Source: an uncultured bacterium (lineage in GTDB: Bacteria; Actinomycetota; Coriobacteriia; Coriobacteriales; Coriobacteriaceae). Taken from it: a stretch of DNA of 53,188 nt. The translations under genes and the position numbers were made by a program. Positions 9,997-18,645 of this stretch are shown here, one piece after another. The stretch lies in NCBI GenBank assembly GCA_905215765.1, contig CAJMRP010000001.1, forward strand, positions 1 to 53,188. Reading direction: 5' to 3'. A model generated the notes under the pieces. That model was given only the letters and a program-made list of their open reading frames with translations. It did not search any database and was not told where the DNA came from. The number at the start of each line of letters is the position of its first letter. The stretch's first letter is position 1.

Positions 9997-10848
9997 TTAG
10001 TCAATCAGATATTTCTCGAATGCGGCCATGTTCTTGGCATCTGCCGCCGCCGGATCATCGTAGTAACGACCGTCCGTGATTTCCTGGCCCAGCATGCCGT
10101 CGAAACCATGGGCGTTGAGCGTGGCGACGAAGGCGTCCATATCGTGCTTGCCATCGCCCCACACCAGATGGCCATACGGGTCACCGTCGATAAAGTGCAT
10201 CTCGTGAATTGCCCCATCACCAAAGGCGGCAAACCAGTCCTCGAGCGTCTCGCCTGCAACGCCCATCGCGGTTGTATCAACCATGGGCTGTAAGTACGGG
10301 CTCGCGACCTCGTCAATCATGCGCTTCGCATCGGAAACCGTCGTCACAAGGTTGCTCTCCTCGGGACGCAGGCTTTCCATCGTAAGCACCAGACCGTGCT
10401 CGCCGGCATACTCCGCCAGAATGGACAAGTGCTCGCGGCTGCGCTTCCAGGCTTCCTCGCGGTCCTCGTCCCAGTCGCCCCAGCCCGAGTTGATGGACAT
10501 GCGGTCGCACCCAAGTACCTCGGCAAGCTCAATGCCGTGCTTAAAGTACGCCAGGCTGCGCTGCTCATGCAGCGGTTTGCGTGCGCAATACTGCCAAGGA
10601 TAGACAACATTCTCGGGGCACAGAGTACGATACCTAAGCCCACGGTCTGCAGCCTTTTTCGCCAGGACCTCAGCCTCAAAGTAGCCCGTGTGGTCGAGCG
10701 TCACATGCGGCTCTGCACACCACAGCTCAATGGACTCAAAGCCCAAGCGCTGCTGCACATCAAGGAAGTAATCGAGCGACCACATGATGTAGTGGATATT
10801 CATGCCCGCAATCTGTTCGCGGTGCAGCGTCGGTTTGGATTCAGACAT
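9997..10848 (-). CDS. frlC: Fructoselysine 3-epimerase (xylose-isomerase-like TIM barrel)
   Basis: GFESIELW...PH, MESLRPEESNLV, HFIDG and HLVWGDG motifs; operon context. Confidence 0.75.
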   Translation of the reverse strand: MSESKPTLHREQIAGMNIHYIMWSLDYFLDVQQRLGFESIELWCAEPHVTLDHTGYFEAEVLAKKAADRGLRYRTLCPENVVYPWQYCARKPLHEQRSLAYFKHGIELAEVLGCDRMSINSGWGDWDEDREEAWKRSREHLSILAEYAGEHGLVLTMESLRPEESNLVTTVSDAKRMIDEVASPYLQPMVDTTAMGVAGETLEDWFAAFGDGAIHEMHFIDGDPYGHLVWGDGKHDMDAFVATLNAHGFDGMLGQEITDGRYYDDPAAADAKNMAAFEKYLID

Positions 10849-10849
10849 C

Positions 10850-12442
10850 TTATGCCTCCTTATTTCGATCGAACACGATTTGTCCGTCCGACATCGTCAT
10901 GTCAACCGCAAGATCGCGTGCGTCGCGATAATCGAGGTCGAACACATCCCGATCGAGCACGCAGATATCGGCAAGCTTGCCAACCTCGAGCGTACCCAGC
11001 TCGTCTTCGCGCATCAGGTCGTACGCGCCCCCGGCAGTCCAAGCGCGCAAGAGCTCGACAAGCGTCAGCGTGTTGACCTCATTCACGGGCAGTCCGTCGG
11101 CGAAGAATCCGCCGCACGCGCTGTAGATTGACTCGCCCAGGCTCGGAATCAGCAGCGGCAGATCCGTGCCGCAGCACACTGTGCATCCGGAATCTTCCAT
11201 GCCGCGGCGATTCCAGCTGTGCAAAAGTCGCGTCTCGCCAATTTGTCGACGCATCATCGACAGGCAATCCTCGCGCCGGTCCAGCGTCAGAATCTGCGGA
11301 TAGACCTCGCAAATTCCACCTAACTTGCCAAACTCGACAAGATCGGTCGGGTCAGAGTTCTCGAGATCGGTAATCGCATGGCGGCGAAGCATCCGTCCAT
11401 GCTCGTCTCGAGGCAGCGAGGCATAGAGCGCCACGGTGCGACGAACGGCGCCATCGCCCTGGCAATGCAAGGAATATCGGAAGCCGTCAGCATCAATTGC
11501 ACGCAGCTCGTTCTCAATCAGATCCCACTCTGGCTCCTCGACGACCGTCTTACCGGCAGCGCCCGCATCGGCCGAGTCCGCATAGGGGTCAATCATCTCG
11601 GCAAGCCCCGCCCATACGCCGCGATCGGTCATACGGTTGAAGCCAGAAAAACGAACGAACGGTCCCCGGAAGCGCTCTCGCGCCTCGCGGGCATATGCCA
11701 GATTTGCACCGGCACCCACCGGCTGCGACATCATAGAGACGCGAACCGTCAGCTCACCAGATTCCTCACGGCGAGCCATTTCGTCGGCAAAGCCGTAGTA
11801 GTCATCAAACGCCATCTCCTTGATGGCGGTAACGCCGCGCTCGTTAAGCATGCTCATGTAGTCCGAATACCCGGCACGCACCTCGGGCAGCGCGAGGAAA
11901 TCGCTCATCATGCGCCAGATCTTCTCGGCATAGCACGCCTGGGGTGTAAAGCCGTATCGCGCACTGGCGGCAGCATTGAGAACGCAGGTCTCCGCACCCG
12001 GTGTAAAGCAGACGACAGGGATATCGCCAAAACAATCGTCAAACACAGCTGCCGTATTTGCGTTCTCGGCATCCGATGCCAACGTTTCGGGTAGGTTGTG
12101 GCCAAAAGCCGCCGCGCAATCCGGATGATCTTCTTTCCATGCACGCAAGAGCGACACGGCCTCTTTGGCATCATCGATGCCGGACAGATCAGTCCCCAAC
12201 GTCCGCAGCGCCCAACCTGTATAGAAGGTATGCACATCGATCAGGCCGGGCATGACAGTGCGGTCGCCCAGGTCAACTACCTCGTCCGCCTGGGTCAAAT
12301 ACGAAGCTACCTCACACTTGGTGCCAACAGCCTCAATTCGATTGCCACGGACCGCTACGAAACCTTCAAACGGCAGGTCCCCCGTACCGGTAAAGACGCT
12401 CTTAGACGTCAGGACCGTCAAACGATCAGACATCACAACCAC
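10850..12442 (-). CDS. Amidohydrolase-3 (YtcJ-like) family protein
   Basis: DLGDRTVMPGLIDVH, LHCQGD, GTDLP and GTLEVGKLADICVLD motifs. Confidence 0.8.
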   Translation of the reverse strand: MVVMSDRLTVLTSKSVFTGTGDLPFEGFVAVRGNRIEAVGTKCEVASYLTQADEVVDLGDRTVMPGLIDVHTFYTGWALRTLGTDLSGIDDAKEAVSLLRAWKEDHPDCAAAFGHNLPETLASDAENANTAAVFDDCFGDIPVVCFTPGAETCVLNAAASARYGFTPQACYAEKIWRMMSDFLALPEVRAGYSDYMSMLNERGVTAIKEMAFDDYYGFADEMARREESGELTVRVSMMSQPVGAGANLAYAREARERFRGPFVRFSGFNRMTDRGVWAGLAEMIDPYADSADAGAAGKTVVEEPEWDLIENELRAIDADGFRYSLHCQGDGAVRRTVALYASLPRDEHGRMLRRHAITDLENSDPTDLVEFGKLGGICEVYPQILTLDRREDCLSMMRRQIGETRLLHSWNRRGMEDSGCTVCCGTDLPLLIPSLGESIYSACGGFFADGLPVNEVNTLTLVELLRAWTAGGAYDLMREDELGTLEVGKLADICVLDRDVFDLDYRDARDLAVDMTMSDGQIVFDRNKEA

Positions 12443-13906
12443 CTACACCGGAAGCATGCCAGAGATTGCCGTTACAATCACGCCAAAGACGACCATGAAA
12501 ATGAAGAACTTCCAAATGGTCTTCCACCATTGGCCAAACGAAATCCTAGCCACGGCAAGACCGGCGACCGTCATGCCCGCCACGGGGCTGATGGTGTTGA
12601 TGGTCTGGTTGGCAAACTGGAGCGCGGTGACGGCCGCCTCGGGATTGAGGCCCATGAGCTCGGTCAGGGGGCCCATAACGGGCATGGTGAGCGCCGCCAG
12701 GCCAGAACTCGAGGGAACCAGCAAAGAGAGCAGGCCAAGGACGATATACATAAACGTGGTGTAGACGGCGGCGGGTGCACCGGCGAGCGCGGTAGCGAGC
12801 GCCTGGAGGATGGTGTCGATGATCATGCCGCCCTCGGCGATGACCAGAATACCGCGAGCGATACCGATAACGATGGCAGCGTACGCAAAGTCGGCGAGAC
12901 CCTTAACGAACTCCTCTGCGATTGTCTGCTGGTCAAGACCGCCCAGGATACCGGCAAGCAAGCCCATGCCAAGGAACACGGCGGAAATCTCATTCATGTA
13001 CCAGCCCTGGGTAACAAGACCCCAGACGATAATGCCCATACCGCAAGCAAAATCGATAAGCACGAGCTTCTGACGGATAGTGAACTCTTCCTCGATGGAG
13101 GCATCGGTCACGGAAAACTCAATACGCTTGAGCTTATCGTCCTCGTACACAATGGACGACTCGGGGTTTTTCTTGACGCGCATGGCGTATCGCATGGCCC
13201 ATGCGATACCGACGGCAGTGAAGATGACCCAAGAAACGGCGCGCAGCCACAGTTGCGGATTACCCTCGATGCCAATGATGCCTTGGGCGATCAAAACATT
13301 AAACGGGTCGATGGTCGAAGCACAATATCCCAGGTTAGGACCAAGGAAGCAGATGATGAATGCCGTCATCGAGTCATAACCGATACCCATCATGATGGGA
13401 ATGAAGATGGCATAGAACGGCAGGGCTTCCTCAGACATACCAAACGTAGTGCCGCAAATGGACAGCAATGTCATCGTGATGGGAATGATGAGGATGTCCT
13501 TGTTCTTGAGCTTTTTAATCACACGGCTCATGCCGGCATTCAAAGCGTTGGTCTTGGTGATGATCGCAAACGATCCGCCAATCAATAAGACGAACGCAAC
13601 GACGTCGGCAGCCTCTTGGATACCCTTGGTGGGCGCTTGCAGAACCGCGAAGATATCCTGGCCCAGATTGATGGTCTCGCCGGTCTCGGAATCGGTGTAG
13701 TTCTTATCGACCTGTTCATAGGTTCCAGCAACGGCGACTTCACGCTCGCCCGCCGCTGTCGAAATCGTCTTGCGCTGATACTGACCAGAGGGAACGATCC
13801 AAGTCAGGACCGCAAAGACAACGATCAGCAAGAACATGATCGTATAGACATGCGGTAATTTGAACTTAAAACGTCTGTTTGTCTTCTTCGCCTTCGTATC
13901 TGACAT
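12443..13906 (-). CDS. YfcC-family carrier (putative basic amino acid antiporter)
   Basis: LPHVYTI, GTTFGMSEE and PSSSGLAALTMP motifs, many TM segments; GGAGG RBS before MSDTK. Confidence 0.85.
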   Translation of the reverse strand: MSDTKAKKTNRRFKFKLPHVYTIMFLLIVVFAVLTWIVPSGQYQRKTISTAAGEREVAVAGTYEQVDKNYTDSETGETINLGQDIFAVLQAPTKGIQEAADVVAFVLLIGGSFAIITKTNALNAGMSRVIKKLKNKDILIIPITMTLLSICGTTFGMSEEALPFYAIFIPIMMGIGYDSMTAFIICFLGPNLGYCASTIDPFNVLIAQGIIGIEGNPQLWLRAVSWVIFTAVGIAWAMRYAMRVKKNPESSIVYEDDKLKRIEFSVTDASIEEEFTIRQKLVLIDFACGMGIIVWGLVTQGWYMNEISAVFLGMGLLAGILGGLDQQTIAEEFVKGLADFAYAAIVIGIARGILVIAEGGMIIDTILQALATALAGAPAAVYTTFMYIVLGLLSLLVPSSSGLAALTMPVMGPLTELMGLNPEAAVTALQFANQTINTISPVAGMTVAGLAVARISFGQWWKTIWKFFIFMVVFGVIVTAISGMLPV

Positions 13907-13948
13907 AGATACCTCCAAAGAACTCGAGACTGCATCGCATCTCGCTTC

Positions 13949-13980
13949 AACGTTTGCATAAGGCAAACGTTCTATGACGT
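13949..13980. promoter_or_regulatory. Candidate GntR (FrlR) operator palindromes
   Basis: AACGTTTGC-ATAAG-GCAAACGTT overlapping ACGTTCTATGACGT (GT-N2-TA-N2-AC), upstream of the first operon gene. Confidence 0.4.
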
Positions 13981-14074
13981 CCCATAGATTACCAGCAGCT
14001 TTTTCCTTCATCAAGATAATTTCAAACTGATTGCCGCAACGCGGTTGAACGGTTGTGTTCGCGCCGTGAACGGT

Positions 14075-14114
14075 ATGGAAGCGCCCGGTGAGATGATCCA
14101 CCGGGCGCTTCCAT
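14075..14114 (-). terminator. Hairpin downstream of the GntR gene
   Basis: ATGGAAGCGCCCGGTG-N8-CACCGGGCGCTTCCAT, perfect 16-bp stem. Confidence 0.6.
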
Positions 14115-14124
14115 TCGCAATGTC

Positions 14125-14868
14125 CTAGATGTCAAAAACGTAGCGAGACCCAACGATCCGCTGACGACCGATGATAAACGGCCGCCGCTGCTCATCGAAA
14201 AAGAAGGCTTCCATATAAAACAAGGGTTCGCCAACGGGAACTGCCAACAGCCGAGCGACCTCGGGCGACGCGCACGCGATCTCGAGCGTGCACGGGTCGG
14301 TAAACGCGGGCGTGCGGCCCGTCCGGTTGCGCACGAACTCAAAAATGGATTGGTTAGATAGAGGTGCCGTTGATAGATAGGCGTTGTCCTCGTAAACGTA
14401 TATGTTGTTCTCGAGCATGACGGGGACTCCATCGGCAGTACGTACACGCTCAACGCAAATCAAATCAGTTCCAACGGGAACACCAAAGAACTGCGCTTCG
14501 GTAGAATCTGCTGGCAGTATCTTTCTCGAAATGATGCACGCCCCCGGTTCCATTCCGTTAACGCGGCATGCGTCCGAAAAACTCTGGACGTCATCCTTCT
14601 GGCGAATCTTGCGCTTGAGCTTGGGGGCATTGACGAACGTGCCTTTCCCCTGTCGCTTCGTTAGATAGCCCTGCTGGACGAGCTCCTCAATAGCACGTCG
14701 CACGGTAACGCGGCCAACTTTATAGCTCTCAGCCAATTCGAATTCGTTGGGTATCCGCGCGCCTGCCTTGTAGGCGCCGGAGTTGATTTCGTTTTTAATG
14801 ATATCGATAACCTGTTGGTACAGCGGTATCGCTGCTTTACCGTCAGTTAGCCCTTCAGTCGGTGGCAT
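14125..14868 (-). CDS. frlR: GntR/HutC-family regulator with UTRA domain (FrlR-like)
   Basis: PLYQQV...IPNEFELAESYKVGRVTVRRAI...QGKGTFV plus UTRA region; adjacent to the frl genes. Confidence 0.75.
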   Translation of the reverse strand: MPPTEGLTDGKAAIPLYQQVIDIIKNEINSGAYKAGARIPNEFELAESYKVGRVTVRRAIEELVQQGYLTKRQGKGTFVNAPKLKRKIRQKDDVQSFSDACRVNGMEPGACIISRKILPADSTEAQFFGVPVGTDLICVERVRTADGVPVMLENNIYVYEDNAYLSTAPLSNQSIFEFVRNRTGRTPAFTDPCTLEIACASPEVARLLAVPVGEPLFYMEAFFFDEQRRPFIIGRQRIVGSRYVFDI

Positions 14869-15018
14869 ATACCCTCTCCAAGCACAATTAAGTCTAAAAC
14901 GGGCTTAAGGGCATTCAACAAGTCCTTAAGCCCGCATTAGCTTAAAGTATGCTAGGTGCCGCACCAAAATGTCGGGTATTTACTCATCAGACCCGAAAAA
15001 CGCGCAACTACCGCACTC

Positions 15019-15678
15019 CTAAGAAAGCGCGAGCAGCTCCGGCAGCTGGTCGATGATCTTGTCCGCGGCATCCTGGCTAAAGCCAAAGCGCTCCTCGCGC
15101 TTGGCAATGACTGTCAGGCCAGCTCGCTTACCCGCGGTAATGCCCGGAACGGAATCCTCAACGCAGCAGCAGCGATTCGCGGGCAGCCCCAGCAGGTCCA
15201 GCGCATGCAGGTAGATGTCGGGCTCGGGCTTGCTCTCCTTAAACTGCTCGCCGCTCACCACATACTCAAAGGCATCCGACAGTCCGCATGCGTTGAGCAC
15301 TTCCTCGATGCTAACCATGGGAGACGAGCTGGCAAGCGCCACGCGAACGCCACGGCGCGGCAGCTCTCGAATCGTATCCACGGCGCCTGGGTTAATCAAA
15401 GCCTGATAGTCGCGCGGACGCTTATGAGCCCATTCGTCCCAACGGGCCAACGCTTCATCGCCAGTGAAATGCCCCTTACCGGCGCGCTCAAACCAATCGA
15501 CCAGCATATGCAGGAAGAACTGATGCGAGGTACCGACCTGCCCATTCAACTCCTCTTGAGTCAGATTAAGCCCAAGCTCCTTGGCAAACGCGGCAGTCTC
15601 GCCCAGGTAGTAATACTCGGTATCGACGATGACGCCATCCATGTCAAAGATAACGGCGTCGAACGGAAATGCGGACAC
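15019..15678 (-). CDS. HAD-family phosphatase (beta-phosphoglucomutase-like)
   Basis: FDMDGVIVDTE, LASSS, SKPEPDIY and VEDSVPGI motifs; GTG start after GGGAGGG. Confidence 0.85.
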   Translation of the reverse strand: MSAFPFDAVIFDMDGVIVDTEYYYLGETAAFAKELGLNLTQEELNGQVGTSHQFFLHMLVDWFERAGKGHFTGDEALARWDEWAHKRPRDYQALINPGAVDTIRELPRRGVRVALASSSPMVSIEEVLNACGLSDAFEYVVSGEQFKESKPEPDIYLHALDLLGLPANRCCCVEDSVPGITAGKRAGLTVIAKREERFGFSQDAADKIIDQLPELLALS

Positions 15679-15741
15679 GGCACCCTCCCTAACAAAAGGG
15701 CGCCCGCAAGCGGACGCCCGAACCATGCACTATCGGCGATT

Positions 15742-16584
15742 CTAACCCAGTAGCTGGTCAAGTGCCACCGCGATACCGTCTTCGTTGTTGTTGGCGGTCA
15801 CCATCTGGGCCACGGCCTTGACTTCATCGACAGCGTTACCCATGGCGACGCCGGTACCAGCCCACTCGATCATGGACTTGTCGTTCTGGCCGTCGCCAAA
15901 CGATACGACCTCGCTGGCATCGATGCCGAGCTTGGGCAGAGCACCCTCGAGCGCACGGGCTTTGTCGATACCGGGCGCCGTGTACTCAAAGTACCAGTCG
16001 GCCGTAAACATGCCCGAAAGCGTCTGCTTAAAGGGCGCGTACATTTCCTCGTAATGTGCCTGCAGGTAGGCCGGATCGCCCGCCGTCAGCAGCTTGTCCA
16101 CGGGATAAGTGTCCACGACCTCATGCAAGCTCTCGACCTCGCGGATCTTAAGGTCGCAGGCATCGCGCTCGTATTTGACAATGTTTTTCTGCGAGCCATC
16201 CGGCAGCGTAATCATGCAGTGGTACGAGTCCTCGACATGCAAGTCGCGACCGAGCGAGATCATGGGGATCACATCATAGTTTTGCAGATGATCAATCAGA
16301 CGGTGCAGCTCGTCAGCCGGCATGGCCTGGTCAAAAAGAACCTCATCGGTCTGAGCGTCGACCACATGCGCGCCATTGAAAGCGACTAGCAGACCGTCAT
16401 GGTTTTGGAGGTCGAGCTCCTGTGCCAGAGCATGTAGCCCCCATGCGGGACGGCCCGAAGCCAAGATGAGCTTAATACCCGATTCCTGCGCCGCGAGCAG
16501 CTTCTCGCGCGTACGCGGGCTGATCACCTTCTGATCGTTGGTAAGCGTACCGTCGATATCCATTGCGATGGCTTTAATTGCCAT
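15742..16584 (-). CDS. Cof-type HAD-IIB hydrolase
   Basis: DIDGTLT, ASGRP and FGDGQNDKSM motifs. Confidence 0.9.
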   Translation of the reverse strand: MAIKAIAMDIDGTLTNDQKVISPRTREKLLAAQESGIKLILASGRPAWGLHALAQELDLQNHDGLLVAFNGAHVVDAQTDEVLFDQAMPADELHRLIDHLQNYDVIPMISLGRDLHVEDSYHCMITLPDGSQKNIVKYERDACDLKIREVESLHEVVDTYPVDKLLTAGDPAYLQAHYEEMYAPFKQTLSGMFTADWYFEYTAPGIDKARALEGALPKLGIDASEVVSFGDGQNDKSMIEWAGTGVAMGNAVDEVKAVAQMVTANNNEDGIAVALDQLLG

Positions 16585-16990
16585 ATGTGCCTCCTTGCAT
16601 CGTTTTTATCGCGCACTATCTTATCCGAGCCGGGGCACGTTCGCACAGCGCGCGTATGACGGTTGCAAAACCACCCCATTTGAAACAAAGGCAAAAAAGT
16701 ACTTGCAAAGACGCGTTCCGACATATAAGTTGATAAAAGACCCCCGTTGCGGTTTTAAGTAGATCGAGCATATGAAGTTTGAGTTTTAGCGTGTAAGAAA
16801 AGGAAGATCGGCAAAGTACAACCCCAAACGCAATGACAACTTAATGAGGTAACTGCCACATGTGAGGCACCCAGGGCATTGCTGTCTCGATTTTGAGCAC
16901 GATGGCTTCCGCCTTGCATGGGCCGTTCCATCCCACCCCTGCAGCAACTGCCTCACGGGCTCATTGAAAACCGCATAGCACCCCAACGTC

Positions 16991-17026
16991 AGCACATCAC
17001 CCACGGCAAGCACATCACTCACGGCA
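16991..17026 (+). repeat. 18-bp tandem repeat (2 copies plus degenerate CA-rich tail)
   Basis: AGCACATCAC(C/T)CACGGCA twice, followed by ACATCAAC motifs up to the RBS at about 17065. Confidence 0.6.
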
Positions 17027-17073
17027 ACCAACACATCAACAAACAGCACGAACATCAACCGATTGGAGAAGCT

Positions 17074-17964
17074 ATGACAAACCACCGCGCTGAAGACGGC
17101 GATAAGAAAAGCATTCTGGATGCCCGAATTGAGCGAGCATATGCAAACGAATATGACACCGCCTTTGCCGCCGCGACCATCAAGAACTACGCGTCGCTAC
17201 CGCTCGCGACGATCTTGGCCGACCACCCTCAACTGCTGAAGCGCTGCACAAAGATCATGGGCGACCCCGACATTCGCAAGCTGACAGACCCCTATGCCCC
17301 AAAACGCGACAACGATTCGTGCGTTCTTACCGTAGGCTGCCTAGCCCATATGCTTACGGCGCTCGACACGAAACTCAAGCTCGAATGGGAACCCGACGAG
17401 CGTCATGAACTCGAAAGCAAGCGGAACACCCTGCGCACCGCACTGTTCCTTCCGTTGGACGGCCTCAAGCGCTGCAACGTCGAGCTCAATACACAGGCGC
17501 GGCAAAAGCCCGGGACCACGGGGCAGAAAACTCCAAGACCCCATGCGGCCATCGTCGACCGCAACCGATATAACCGCATGACCGCGCACTTTTCCGCCGA
17601 GGGAGCAGCCATAAGGACGCTGATCGACCTGCTGTGCCTCCTGAGCATCAACGAGCTATTTGAGGGCTATCTCGCCCTTGTTCCCGCGACGGCACCCAAG
17701 TCGGTAGCAAAGATCATTGAGACCTGCAGACGCCAGTTTGAGCGCCATCGCAATGGCAGCGAGATGAACGCCAGCATCGCGCAGTACTACGCGGCTCATT
17801 ACAAAAATGACGGATGTGCCCCTGTCGAGCATCAGCTGCGGCTCGCCTACACCACGCCCGTCGCAACGCTCCATCGCTTTGGAGCCCTTGGCGCTTGCGA
17901 GCCGCACGAACGGGCAGCCTGCCCCACAACCGAGCTCGATCTCAGGCTCGGACGAACCCTGTAG
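17074..17964 (+). CDS. Hypothetical protein (296 aa, probably helical, no family recognised)
   Basis: Long ORF with GGAG RBS before MTNHRAEDG; same strand and directly upstream of the ClpP-like gene. Confidence 0.7.
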   Translation: MTNHRAEDGDKKSILDARIERAYANEYDTAFAAATIKNYASLPLATILADHPQLLKRCTKIMGDPDIRKLTDPYAPKRDNDSCVLTVGCLAHMLTALDTKLKLEWEPDERHELESKRNTLRTALFLPLDGLKRCNVELNTQARQKPGTTGQKTPRPHAAIVDRNRYNRMTAHFSAEGAAIRTLIDLLCLLSINELFEGYLALVPATAPKSVAKIIETCRRQFERHRNGSEMNASIAQYYAAHYKNDGCAPVEHQLRLAYTTPVATLHRFGALGACEPHERAACPTTELDLRLGRTL

Positions 17965-18027
17965 CCCGCCAGCCCCTCCGCGGGCAACAATCCTATTCCA
18001 CAACACAACCAACAGAATGGAGTCCTC

Positions 18028-18645
18028 ATGGACACCAATCATTCCCCCATCATCAGCCCCCTCACCATGCGTGAATCCGCCCGAGGTATCACGCTCACCA
18101 GCATTTACGATGAGATGCTCGCCCGTCGCGAGCTCTCCGTCATGGGAAACATCGAAACCCCGATGGCCCACGACCTATGCCAGCAGATTCGTCTGCTCGA
18201 TGCCACCGACCCCAGCCGCCCCATCACCATATTTGTCGCCAGCGCCGGCGGAAGCGTGCGATCGGGTCTTGCGATCTATGACGCCATGCGCCTCGCATCG
18301 TGCCCCATCCGCACCGTCTGCCTGGAATTCGCCGCGTCCATGGGCGCCGTGATCTTTATGGGCGGCGACGATCGCCGTATGGCGCCCCATGCAGAGCTCA
18401 TGATTCACGACCCGCTGATTCCCCAGGGGGCAGGCGGCTCGGCACTTGCGCTGCAGGAAACCAGCCGGCGTCTCATGCAGACCCGCAAGACCCTCACGCA
18501 AATCCTCTCGGACCGCAGCGGCCTCACGCCCAAGCGCATCCAGTCCCTCACTGCAAAAGACACCTACCTTTCGGCCGAGCGCGCCGTCGAGCTCGGCTTT
18601 GCCCACGAAATCCTCTCGACCACCAAGGAGGTCGCCCATGTCTAA
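18028..18645 (+). CDS. ClpP-family serine protease (accessory paralog)
   Basis: SAGGSV, AASMGA (Ser), MIHDP (His), KDTYLSAERAVELGF (Asp). Confidence 0.9.
   Translation: MDTNHSPIISPLTMRESARGITLTSIYDEMLARRELSVMGNIETPMAHDLCQQIRLLDATDPSRPITIFVASAGGSVRSGLAIYDAMRLASCPIRTVCLEFAASMGAVIFMGGDDRRMAPHAELMIHDPLIPQGAGGSALALQETSRRLMQTRKTLTQILSDRSGLTPKRIQSLTAKDTYLSAERAVELGFAHEILSTTKEVAHV

Noticed and set aside
13907..14101. N-terminal extensions from the ORF track (also 18446-18637, 35901-36155, 38420-38725, 41574-41876, 50117-50272)
   Set aside because: They overlap terminators, repeats or neighbouring genes; downstream starts have better RBSs and match family N-termini.
16991..17060. CRISPR-like array
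   Set aside because: Only two adjacent 18-bp units with no spacers, and no cas genes.
18028..18645. Housekeeping clpP or prophage head-maturation protease
   Set aside because: No tig/clpX context and no portal, terminase or capsid genes nearby.
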